Origin: Vezdaea acicularis
Taxonomy: Eukaryota
Reading direction: 5' to 3'
NCBI GenBank assembly: GCA_026025075.1
Contig: JAPEUI010000079.1
Span: 62,001-84,697, forward strand
DNA length: 22,697 bases
How positions within the stretch are numbered: position 1 is the stretch's first letter; every line of letters starts with the position of its first letter. The notes below the pieces were generated by a model. The model saw only the letters and a program-made list of their open reading frames with translations. It was not told where the DNA came from and ran no database searches. The position numbers and the translations under genes were made by a program. Positions 11,832 through 22,148 of this stretch are shown here, one piece after another.

Positions 11832-12064
11832 TGTTGAAGGAAATCGCTTGTTCGGATCGTTCCGTGAGCTACGGTACCATCACGTGCCAGGTCGAAAGTC
11901 TGGATCGCTCAGATCAAGCGAACCCATACGCGAGCAATCCAGACTTTTGACCTGGTACTGTAGCGCCTATTGGGACGAAACTTGCGCGCCTGAAAACAAA
12001 GGGTGCAAGACTGAGGAATGCCTGAGGAATGCCTGAGGTGTGATTCTGACTGTTACAAAAGATT

Positions 12065-13560
12065 ATGGACTTTGATCATCTGCAAAATCGCCGCATTAAA
12101 AAGGCTTGCGAGCTTTTCATAACCTCTATTGAAGAAAATGAGATTTGCTCTATAGCATCATCTCATAATGCTGGCAAGCCATGTTTTATCTTCCAGAAAC
12201 CTAAAGCTGGCAGTTATAATGTTTGCTTTTTTGTTAGATTCCCTCCAGCCAAAGGAAGAATGGAAAAGGAAGAAAAATGGGTCGTACGATATCCGTTGCC
12301 TTCAGTACACAATCCAAGAGAGAAGTTGGAGAGTGAGATTGCAACTATGAAGTAAACTCCTCTCAGCGCGACTATGCACCTTGGAATTTATGATAACAGC
12401 TCTATAGCTATGTTCAAGCAAAAACAACAATACCGGTTCCTCGCATCCACGGTTATCGGCTTGGTGAAGATGATTGCAACACAGTACCCGGCCAGAATTA
12501 CCTACTAATGGATTTTGTGCCAGGAGAGCGCTGGCACGGAAAGAATCTGCCCAATCTCTCACAAGAGGTCTCTACAAGGTTTTATACGCAACTGGCGAGC
12601 ATATTGGCTCAATTACGTCGACAGGAATTTGAGCGCATAGGCTCTCTCACACTAGACAGCAAGAAAGAAGGCTGGAAGTTGGAGAAGCCTCCACTATCAA
12701 TGGATCTTAATGATCAATTGATCAGGAACCAGAGATCATCCGGAACGTTGGAACAAACCTTTGAAAGCGCACCTGAGTATATCTGGGCACTTTATGAACT
12801 TCTATACACTGGCTTCAAAAAACAGAGGAACAGTGTCTTCGACAGAAAGGATGCCGAAAGAAAAGTATATGCATTGGAAGATTTTAGAAACATACTCTCT
12901 CACTGGATAAATACAAAATATAGCAACGGTCCCTTTGTGTTGATGCACGGAGATCTGCGACCTTCAAACCTTGTTGTTGATGCCGACTATAACATTCTGG
13001 CTGTCTTAGATTGGGAGTGGAGTCGCACAGTACCAATACAGCTTTTCATTCCACCCACCTGGCTTACCGGATATGATGCAGACATAATTGCTCGCCCAGG
13101 CTATCAGGCCGGACTTATGTTGCAGCATTTCAAACTTGGCATGGCGATCACAAAATCTCGAAAAGCTAATGTAGGCTTGGAAATACTGGAAAGAGAATGG
13201 CCGTGCATCGATGAAGCTAGCATCCTGATTGCTAGTGCCCTATTACGGAACTTTACCTTTTATGGCATCTATTTTGACGGATTAAGTCGGCTTTATTCGC
13301 CAAAGCAGACAGAAGAACTATACACGAATTTTTTCCAAGATCCTGAAAGAAAGCATCTGGTCAAGTTGGTGGAGGAGAAAGTCAAAGACTTGCATTGGTA
13401 TGAGGCGGAAACCAAAAGACACCACAGCCATAAGATAATCTCTCATCCACTCAATACCTTATACTCTTCACGGAGCTCATCCAATTTTTGTTTAATAGCC
13501 GTAGCCTGTGCTGTGTTTTGGCTGATCTGCTCCTCGATTGATAGACCTTGGATCGAGTGA
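12065..13560 (+). CDS. APH/choline-kinase-like phosphotransferase family protein, two exons (12065-12351, 12408-13560), 479 aa
   Basis: Intron 12352-12407 (GTAAAC...TAG) restores frame. Motifs: GSYNVCF, WVVRYP, ESEIATM.YV...TTIPVPRIHGY, YLLMDFVPG, FERIGSL, catalytic HGDLRPSNLVV and Mg-binding VLDWEWS. Confidence 0.88.
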
Positions 13561-13742
13561 CCAATCTGCTTAGCACGCTTCTCTCTTGCCGCGGTACCGC
13601 TGCTACTTAGTTGATCAGCAGCATCAGTTGACAACTGACGGCCAAACGCGTCTAATTTCATAAGCTCTTGGGATTTTTCGTCAATCAATTGCTCTAACTC
13701 TTCAATTTGCTTCATTCTATCGTCGGTGATTTTATTGGACAT
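13443..13742 (-). CDS. Small coiled-coil protein (at least 99 aa) convergent with and overlapping the 3' end of the APH gene; may have an upstream exon
   Basis: Heptad-like E/K/Q/L-rich sequence (IEELEQLIDEKSQELMKL; IKQKLDELREEYKVL). A possible GTATGA donor lies near 13814 and a TTTAG acceptor just before the ATG. Confidence 0.55.
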   Translation of the reverse strand: MSNKITDDRMKQIEELEQLIDEKSQELMKLDAFGRQLSTDAADQLSSSGTAAREKRAKQIGHSIQGLSIEEQISQNTAQATAIKQKLDELREEYKVLSG

Positions 13743-14448
13743 GTCTAAAAGCTGATAGTGGCTAGCAGAAGAGGAAATTAGGCGTTGAAAGAGTTCTATT
13801 GAGTGCAGTCATACCGTCCCTATGCACAATATGAACAATTATTTCTTTGCTGTTGGATACAGGTGTAGGACTTTGCAGAGAGGGCGAGCCTGATCTTATA
13901 TTAAGGGAGAGCGGCCTGATCACTATATTATGTTGGACCCCTAAGGCTGGCCTCTACGAGGCTAAGTATCAATCTCTAATCAATCGATTGTTTTTGCTAC
14001 GTGTGTTGTCAAAAGAGAACCTGGCATTGCATTGAGCACACACGATTAGCCATTGGCTCAGGACTGCAGTGCGTCATTTATTGCACGTGATGTCATGTCA
14101 AGATCTGACAACCAAAGGACTATGCACAAATCATTTCTCTCCGTACATTGAAGGTTGAGATGCTATACACAAGCGCATAACTAAATGATGAGAAGACTTT
14201 GAGGATGAATATTTGAAACACAGTGAGTCGACTGGGGCGAATCGCTAGAGCCTGTTCATCAAAAACTGGAGAGGTTTTCCTTATCCACATAAGAACATGA
14301 ATATATAACGTTTCCCTTGCGGTTCTCCGTTCGTTTCCTGCTCCATGCTTATTCTCACGGCGATTAGTACGATTATCTTCAGCTACAAGATTTTGGATTA
14401 CACACCTTCCTTCGATCAAGCTGAACATTCTCTCGTGGCTACCTTGTG

Positions 14449-15274
14449 CTACTTCACATCGATGTCAATACAGGTAGTATAGAGTTCTTGCTTACCATTT
14501 GGAAAACCCTGAGCACCAGGTGCCGTTGGCCAATCCCAAACCCAATAAAGAGTATATATTCCTGTATCTGTTATTGGCATCTTAACATCAATTTCACACC
14601 ATTGATCGGCTCCCATCACGCTATCAGCAACATGCGGATATTGCATCTGTCTGCTCTTTGAGATAGGCCCGGGATTTATCTGATAACATCTGCCATCATC
14701 AAAACTGCGCATGCCTAAAAGCTCACCTTGTCCGTTCCCTCCTGTACCATCTTCATTCCAAACTTTATGGATGGAAAGAAGCGTATCGTTGGCTTGAGCC
14801 TTGCTAGTGCCGTAGACATACACAAGACCAGCGCCAGGAGGCTTTCCAGGGGTGACATCTGGAAGGGTCACATGGCCATTTTCTTGGTAGAAAAGACTTA
14901 CTTTATCCCCAGGACTTGCCCTTAATCGTGGACTTCCTTCAGTCACATTTGCGGTCATCTGGGAGTCTCTACATATAAGATCTGATGGTAACACTACTTG
15001 ATTAGCTCTGTCAACAGGTGGGATCAGGTTTACCATTGTTGGATCTGAAAATATTGGATTAGCGGCAACACCAGTGGTCGTAGATATCTGCCTAGGGACT
15101 GTGGCAATCAGTAAAGAACTTATAGAACAGTAGCTATTGATTACCGTTGCCCCTTGCAAAACCTGGATCACTCGATAACCCATCGGAAGAAGTAGCTGTG
15201 AGTCTTTCCACCCAAGAGTGACAGCTAATGATGCTAATAAAAACGCTCCAGGGCACAATATTTTTGGTTAGCAT
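14449..15274 (-). CDS. Secreted DUF7492-like protein with N-terminal His after the signal peptide, two exons (15274-15145, 15098-14449), 259 aa
   Basis: Intron 15144-15099 (GTAATC...CTGAT...CAG) gives MLTKNIVPWSVFISIISC-HSWVERL...PGFARGNVPR. Conserved-looking blocks: YQENGHVTLP, VYVYGT, GTGGNGQG, FDDGRCYQ, YTLYWVWDWPT, GKQELYTTCIDI. Confidence 0.8.
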
Positions 15275-15462
15275 ACTCTTCTATTGTGCAGAGATTTATA
15301 TCAATACTGATAATCTATGAGGAGTATGAGGAGTACGAGGAACTATGTGTTCTTATAAGAAAGCGACTGGACGTGTGATACATGGTGGCAGTCCGTTTGG
15401 CGCCCAACCAAAAGTGCGCCGGCCGCAAACCGGCACCTCGAAAACCAAAATCTGTCATATCA

Positions 15463-15855
15463 TCATCCAAACTCCCATGCGCATGGCATTCCCGAACTAT
15501 GCTCCCTCTCAACTGTGGCAGAATCTGGACAGAGATTAGTTCAGACACAGATTGAAGCTTTGCTAAAGGCTTTGACCTTACAGCAATTTAAATTGACGTC
15601 GTCTTCGGTCAAGCCATGCTCCATCAGTAATTCTGCTAAGATTTTCTTAGACTTTTGTGTATCTACTAGGCCCGTATTGTCTACTAGCTGGTATTCTGAC
15701 CGAAACGTGTGAAGCCGCCAGCGTATTGCGTCTACTGTACGATTTGTCCCATATCTCATATTGAGACGAGTCGCAATCTCACGGGCTGAAAGATGGGTAG
15801 TTGCGGCGTGCACCATTGATAAGACATGGCTGATCTCCCACGAGTTTTTGCCCAT
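15463..15855 (-). CDS. Small Myb/SANT- or Clr5-like helix-turn-helix protein; 3' end uncertain
   Basis: SW.....LSAREIATRLNMRYGTNRTVDAIRWRL. A likely intron at 15581-15525 (GTAAGG...ACTAAT...CAG) gives a stop at 15463. The unspliced ORF ends at 15541. Confidence 0.55.
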
Positions 15856-16006
15856 GATTTCTTGATGAACACTTTATGTGGGGGCGCAGAGGAAAATGAA
15901 AGATCTACAAATTTTAGACACAGCTGCAATTTCAAAGCGTGTACGCTCTTCTCTAAGTGACGAGACCTTTTAGTCATGCTAATCTGGAATCCCCATCCTT
16001 GATCAT

Positions 16007-16566
16007 TTAGCGTCTTCGTGGAGGGGGTGGCGTTGAAGTTGGCCCCCGCTTCATGCAACTAACAACCGCCACAACACCAGACAACTCTTGCTCATAGCTT
16101 TCAACATCGCTGCAACCACCGCACAAGTTCATCTCTGTCCTTGACGCTGCGTCCGAGCCTTCACATGTTCTATGCACTGTCAGCATTACAATGTTTGAAA
16201 AGTGATTGAGCAATGCTTACAATGTCAGAGATGCAGCTCCGTTAGGGACGCTCGAGGGTAAATTAATCTCGGCAACCTGTTGACCACTACAATTATGCGG
16301 CGAAGCGATTGACGTAAGAGGGATGAAATTCTCATCTTGGAAAGTTACCGTAGCAGCACAAGTTTGATTCAATATGTTAGGCATCCTAAAGATCATATAG
16401 TCAATCCTTTGCTTCAAGCTCTCCATGGATATCTCACTCACATAATTCTGATCGGGTCCGACCCAATATCCAAATGAACCACCGGACTGGCAAGGAAAGG
16501 CAGCTCGCCGATGAGACCGAGAGTCCCTTGGCTAAGGGCCAAGATTCCTATGATCTCAACTTTCAT
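16007..16566 (-). CDS. Small secreted six-cysteine protein, three exons (16566-16442, 16385-16221, 16169-16007), 150 aa
   Basis: Introns 16441-16386 (GTGAGT...TTGAC...TAG) and 16220-16170 (GTAAGC...CTGAC...TAG) both keep frame. The N-terminus MKVEIIGILALSQGTLG is signal-peptide-like. Confidence 0.7.
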
Positions 16567-16790
16567 CTTAGCCTCGTGATCTGTTGTTGCTTTGCAAATG
16601 TATCTTATTTTTCATTCGATGTGATTATTACTGACATGTTACTTCGCTCAAGCTGCCAACTGATCGCTCCTTATATGTATCGGCCAACATAATACGGGGG
16701 CCGCGAATTGACAGTTAGCCTACAGTATTGTGCCCCACAGCGGTTTGCATAGTCAGTCACCTGCAGATGGTCACGGTTCTAGCGCTTATG

Positions 16791-16822
16791 ATAGGCGCGC
16801 TCTTAGATAGACGCGCTCTTAG
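16791..16822. repeat. 16-bp tandem duplication ATAG(G/A)CGCGCTCTTAG in a divergent intergenic region
   Basis: 16791-16806 versus 16807-16822, one mismatch. Confidence 0.8.
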
Positions 16823-17066
16823 CAAGCATTTGTCGCTGTGATAGGGCCAGTGAATGGTGATGAGGTCTTCTGCTATCACGATAGTTGGATGAGGTAAGCG
16901 CCAGCTATCCTCTGGCTGCGTCTTACCCCATGCACTCCTTCACATGCACTTCTTCCATAAGGCAGCGATACGCCGACTTCCAAATTTCTACTGAATCAGT
17001 TGTTTATAAAAATCAGACCGAAGTTCGTCAAGACCATGAAAAACCGCTAAGAGACTCTCCACAATC

Positions 17067-17645
17067 ATGTCAACTCAGCATCAAGAGATCACATTCGAGG
17101 AGCTTCTTCAAACGGAAGCGCTCTTGCCGAACAATCTAGAGTATTCAGATACGACGCAGCCCGATAACGTCAAGCAGACTGACTGTGACATATCTTTAGA
17201 TGCTGTGACAAGTTGGCCAGACAATCTGGCAGCCCCATGGGCGTCAGCCGATCTTTTACAGAGTTTTCCTGAATTTTCTTCATCCCTGCCTCCAGCGCCC
17301 GTGTACTTAGACAGCATGAAGGATGAAATTGAGAAGAGATTCCAGATGCTTGAAGAGTAAGTCCACCACCAACGTAACCTGCTGTACTCATGGATTTCAA
17401 TTAGGCAAGTTGTACAACTTGATAGGACATGTACGAATCAAGCACAACAGATCAAACTGCTAGAAGAAGAACTGAACAAGTTCAAAGGAGAATTTCAAGG
17501 GACCCAGGAATGGATCAATGGGACGGACGAGTGGATTGGGGGCATTGATGAAACTGTTCACTCGTTAGTGAATTTTGTGTATGAAGAAGAGAAAGTAGCC
17601 GGCACCTGCATGGAAAGTGGTAAAGATGAAGTCAAAGTTGAATAA
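17067..17645 (+). CDS. Hypothetical acidic protein with coiled coil, two exons (17067-17356, 17405-17645), 176 aa
   Basis: Intron 17357-17404 (GTAAGT...TAG) keeps frame: MKDEIEKRFQMLEEQVVQLDRTCTNQAQQIKLLEEELNKFK. Confidence 0.7.
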
Positions 17646-18206
17646 TTCGAGTCGGCAAACATTTGGATTTTGTAAATAGACTTAAGTTTACATGTATCCA
17701 CCTGACAAATGCCTAGGCTTGTGAGATGATCAGTACGCCAACGGCGATAAGCATTCTGGGACGCCATCAACTTACTTGGATTCTATTGGGCGGCTGAGCG
17801 GCTGACGTGTTAAGCGATATAAAAACTATCGAGGGTTGGAGCGGAACATTCAAAGATTAGCATACTACATGAGCCGCTAGCGCACGCTATATGGCTTAGG
17901 TCCATGCAAGTGACTCGTTTACCTATCGTGAGGAGGGTACAAGGGGATCCCATCTACTATGGGAATATGCACGCCATATTGCGCAGTATAGCCCTTAGCG
18001 CGTGATGCAAGTGAATCACAAACAGTAGCTCTTAATTTTAGAGGCACACTCACAGGTAGCTGTTGATTTTCTCTGCATACGGCGGCTCGCCAGCTGTCGA
18101 ATTTTTTGTGTATCACTCTCTAAGCCTACTATATTACCCCTTTATCCCCCAATGTGTAGAGAGGCCAGAGAGCGTCTTTTATCCATTTTGAACAAGGCAA
18201 GGCAGC

Positions 18207-18933
18207 ATGCCATCCCGATTCCGATATACACCTGAAATGATTGACTGGCTAGATACTTTCCGTGATGACAATAAACATCTCAGCTGGGACGTGATTGTCC
18301 AGTTGTTTAATCAGAAGTTCAAGACCACTTGCACCTGCGATGGTCTAAGATATAAATATTACCACAGCGGATCAAGGTGGCACTTGTCCAAAATATTTTG
18401 AGGAGATGTACTAATATTCCATTAGACGGTTGCAACGTGAACAAAAGGCAAATGTTGAGTACTTGACGCCATACACTCTATTTCCTTATGAATCTGAGAG
18501 CACAAATACAAATGGAAGTATGGAGAAGCAGGTGCAGGTTTATGGAGAACCTACACCAGAATCAGTTCTTCAGCAAATAGAGAGTACAAATACTAGAGTT
18601 CCAGGCGGGAACAACAATGTCGATCCAGGATATCTTATTCAGCAACCTAGCAGCTTCGATGCCCAAATTTCGATGCTGCAGGATACTTTCTGCGCACAAA
18701 GAAGCAGCTTCTTATTAGAAGACATATCCAAGCCACCTTCCACACCTCGACTTCTACCGACAGGAATAGAGAGAAAGGATGATCGACATACAGATGTTGA
18801 CGAGGATACACCCTCTGACCCGGAATTATCACCTCTAAACATAGGAACTTTGATATGGCCGTCACAAATTGTTGCGATGCATAGAAGAGTTGAGTCGGAG
18901 GCTTCAGGAGCCGCATCATCTAGAGGCGCTTGA
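18207..18933 (+). CDS. Myb/SANT-like N-terminal domain protein with disordered acidic tail, two exons (18207-18376, 18426-18933), 225 aa
   Basis: Intron 18377-18425 (GTGGCA...TACTAAT...TAG) keeps frame. RYTPEMIDWL...LSWDVIVQLFNQKF..T.DGLRYKYY fits a three-helix Myb-like pattern. Confidence 0.7.
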
Positions 18934-19426
18934 AGATTTGTTAAATTAGATTTTTGCAATGGCTGTGGCGCTAGTATAATACACATATCATAACTCATTT
19001 TTGCGTTCCTCTATGAGAAATAGGACTCCTTACCGCCGAGGAAGGTGATGCACGTTACGGCGCTTGTGATAAAGTAACGCCCAGCCACGTCTTGCCTGCG
19101 GAAGATGATGCTGTATGTTTTGCCGCTCTGGGAGATGCAGGAGATGAGATGATAGAATTGTGTTTGGCGGTAGGTGCCAAGCCGCTGGCTCCATAAGAGT
19201 AAGTGGTGATAAAGATTGAGCCATCCTGGATGAGACGCTTGGAAGACTCACAAGTCCATATTTCAATTGAGAAGACCTATTCAGTAAACACCAAATCTTT
19301 GCTCAAAGTAACCTAGAGCTCGCTCGTCAATTGTATCTATAGGATGTCACTAGAGATGGATGGAGGTGTACCTGTTAGATAACTGTCTCTCCACAAAAGC
19401 CAACCAACTGATGCGTCTCCCAGGCT

Positions 19427-19822
19427 ATGAGAAGACAACCGCCGCCTTGTTCCAGTTGTAGAGCAAACCCCGACTATGCCTACTTGGAATCATATTACAA
19501 TGATACAGTGCTTAGCGTGCAAAGCCAAAGCCTTCTCCTTAGTCAGAACCAGCTCTTTACAAGCCGTATCAGAGCGCTAGAAAAGTCTCTAACTTTGGAG
19601 CGGGAAAGATTTGAAGCTCTTCAGCAGGCGCTGAGGAATTCTCGGGATTCAAGAGCTTGGCTGGAAGCTTCCATCCAGCGAGAAGCCAGTCTCAAAAACG
19701 AAATTTTGGGATTGGCTATGAATAAACGAATGTTGGAATCACAGGTAGATCAGAAGGATCGTCAACTACAACTGGCTAGACAAGAGATCAGCAGATTCAA
19801 TCGACAGCAAAGGCATGCTTGA
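19427..19822 (+). CDS. Coiled-coil protein (about 131 aa) with N-terminal CxxC; may have a short upstream exon
   Basis: CSSC followed by a long heptad-rich L/E/R/Q helix. A branch-point-like CTGAT and a CAG lie just upstream of the ATG. Confidence 0.6.
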   Translation: MRRQPPPCSSCRANPDYAYLESYYNDTVLSVQSQSLLLSQNQLFTSRIRALEKSLTLERERFEALQQALRNSRDSRAWLEASIQREASLKNEILGLAMNKRMLESQVDQKDRQLQLARQEISRFNRQQRHA

Positions 19823-19899
19823 ACAGAAAAACGCATTTGTAGGTCATACCACCATCTTCTACAACATGGCTCATATACTCAAGACGTTGGAAGGTACTC

Positions 19900-21197
19900 T
19901 CAAAGCTTCTCTGGGATGTTCCAGACCGTTTGGCACTGAATGGAAGCTATTTCAACCAAAGTGCTAAGATTCGTTGTCTTCCCTTCCAAAAAAGGATGCT
20001 GTGGAGTGTCAATTTGAGTACGATCATAGCGGGATAAACGCACCTGGGTAGGAAGAGTTTTGCCTTCAAGTTTACTCTCTAGAAACAAACGTTCCATGAA
20101 GCTGAGTAGCTCCTGACTCCACTTAGATGGTTCTTTGATGTATGAAGTGGGATGGTCTCGTATCATTTTAACCATTTCACGTCGTGACAATCCAAATGGA
20201 AAAGTTTTCTCCCAATTGAGAGTATCAAGTAAAGCCAATCCTAGTCCTGTTGCGCCCAAAGACGGCTCCAACCCATCGTTTTCTGCAGATATATTCTCTA
20301 GCCCAGCTGTACACATTAGTCAAAGCCTTGTTGGAGCAGGTTGAAGGCTTACCCAGAAGAATTCTACCATCACGGGCCACAAGGATGGAAGATAGACCAA
20401 CGTCACCGTGCGTATATCCTTTCTCCATAAGATACTGGAGTGCTGAAAGGACCTATCACTATTAGGCATAGCTGCGAAACGGGAAAGAAATACCTTACTG
20501 CAAGAGCTATTGTTCTGATTTGAGACTCTGTCAAGCAGGTTGAAAGCAGCAAGATATCTGCTAGACTATGCCGTATAAAGGGGGTCACAACGACAAATTC
20601 GCCGTCTTGTTGGAAAGCTTCAAGCGGTTGTAATATGTGCTCGTGATGGATTGAAAGAATCGAAGATAGTTGTATGCGCTTGTGTTCAGCGGCATACGAA
20701 CAGATCGCTACAAGAGTTTCTTCATTGTTTTCAGATTTTGCCAAAAGCACAGTTTGGGCAGCACTGAGTTTGAGAATAGGAGAATACTTTTGCGTAAACG
20801 GGAGTGTTTGGATGATGTGGTTTTTTGACTGCTTTCTTGAAATCTCTGAGCGCACGCCAGTATCTATACAACCTCGTCTCAAACTTGGCTCCCAGGAGTT
20901 ACTTTTTCTGTAGATAGGTTTTTTTCCAACTGGAGCACCAGCCAAATCAGAAAAGTTAGCCGTTCTTTTGGCCGAATTTACAGGCTTAAACTCTGTCTTG
21001 CTTGAGCCTTGTGCGTCCTGATATCGGTTTGGTAATTGAGGCCTCGGCGTTCTCTTGAACAAAGGTGGTGGGACGACAAAGCTCTTTTCCGCGGTTACAC
21101 CACCGTATGTCGTGCACCTAGATCCTTGATTTGCCATTCTGTTCAACGTTTGACGCCAAAATTTTGAGGAGTGGGGACTACTTGACATGCTGACCAT
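19900..21197 (-). CDS. Degenerate protein-kinase-fold protein (probable pseudokinase, STE20/PAK-like), four exons (21197-20499, 20452-20353, 20306-20044, 19998-19900), about 386 aa
   Basis: Introns 20498-20453, 20352-20307 and 20043-19999 are all GT-AG and keep frame. Kinase remnants: LVAIC, HEHILQPLEAF, SLADIL, LTESQIRTIALAVLSALQYL, YTHGDVGLSSILV, KWSQELLSFM and HPFL. Confidence 0.75.
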
Positions 21198-21555
21198 AAC
21201 TGTAAGCGCTGACTACGCCTTTAAATAGCCGGTGGTCAGCAGGAGCGAGCGCGATCTGCGCTCCGCCAAAAGCCAAATACTGGCATTACTTAAACTTGAG
21301 TGCAAGCTTTCAAAAAGCTGCACAATGACAGCGAATAAGGAGTGTATCTTTATTGATCAAGCCATAGCGGGTGCTTAAAACGTGGTCATGCACTAAACTT
21401 ATATTCGGCTGAGAACTTCGATGAGTGATTATTTCCCTTAGTCTTTCCAGCTTGCCACAAATTCACTAGAAGAGGAGCACGTCAGCAGGCCAGCCTCCAC
21501 TATTTCCTGCCAAGGTGTCAACACAGAGTCCAAGAGCCAGCGGGACACTGTAGAA

Positions 21556-22056
21556 ATGACTTTAGTTACACCTTTATCCTGGTTATGGATTTGCGAGCGA
21601 TGTGGGACCAAGTATGAACTTGGTGTCACAGCTAGATGCCTTAAGGACGGACATAGATACTGCTCTAAACCTCCTTCCGGCTGCAGGAGTGAGTTTGATT
21701 ACTCCGGATGGGAACGCTGGGCGGTTTTGCGTAGATCAAAGCTCCAGAAAGCCAATTTACACCAAGGTGGTCACAATTGTTGGATCGATTGTGATTGGCC
21801 TAGTGAGTGTAAATGGCGCTCCCGTTTCAGAAAACCGAGTTCGGTTCCACAAGTTACAGAGAAAGAACATCACTCTAGACAATCCAATCGAGAAAAAGAT
21901 GTTAGCCTTCTTCAGACGATTCATCACACCCTCACGCCTATTCAGGAGGAACGAGAAATTGAAAAATGTACACCGAGAGAAGAACAATCGGAAGATATAA
22001 TAGATAAATGTTCCCACAGCTTTCTTGATTTAGGAGAGAGTGATGAGGAGGTTTGA
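21556..22056 (+). CDS. Cys/His/Trp-rich hypothetical protein (166 aa), probable zinc binder
   Basis: WLWICERC...YELGVTARCLKDGHRYC...CRSEFDYSGWERW...CWIDCDWPSEC resembles a motif seen in uncharacterised ascomycete proteins. Acidic tail. Confidence 0.7.
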   Translation: MTLVTPLSWLWICERCGTKYELGVTARCLKDGHRYCSKPPSGCRSEFDYSGWERWAVLRRSKLQKANLHQGGHNCWIDCDWPSECKWRSRFRKPSSVPQVTEKEHHSRQSNREKDVSLLQTIHHTLTPIQEEREIEKCTPREEQSEDIIDKCSHSFLDLGESDEEV

Positions 22057-22088
22057 AGGAGATGAGGAAATTTCACGAGATGCTGTAG

Positions 22089-22148
22089 GTCACGTGATAA
22101 ACCTCACATCGGAAAGTGTGGATGCACTGTAGTATAGCTCCTTAGTAT
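22089..22148 (+). repeat. Copy 1 of a 60-bp imperfect direct repeat (candidate element terminus)
   Basis: Ungapped 50/60 match to 22638-22697, including GTCACGTGA, GGAAAG and GCACTGTAG(T/A)ATAGCTCCTTAGTAT. Confidence 0.85.

Noticed and set aside
10918..11832. RRRQDS / VVKT / TTTAAVL repeat ORFs, or a CRISPR-like array
   Set aside because: The peptide pattern switches frame within each ORF because the units are not multiples of three. There are no unique spacers, no cas genes, and the context is eukaryotic.
12011..12038. CTGAGGAATGCC tandem, about 2.3 copies
   Set aside because: Short local duplication with no further support.
19030..19266. 78-aa minus-strand ORF in a cargo intergenic gap
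   Set aside because: No motif, splice support or clear coding signature.
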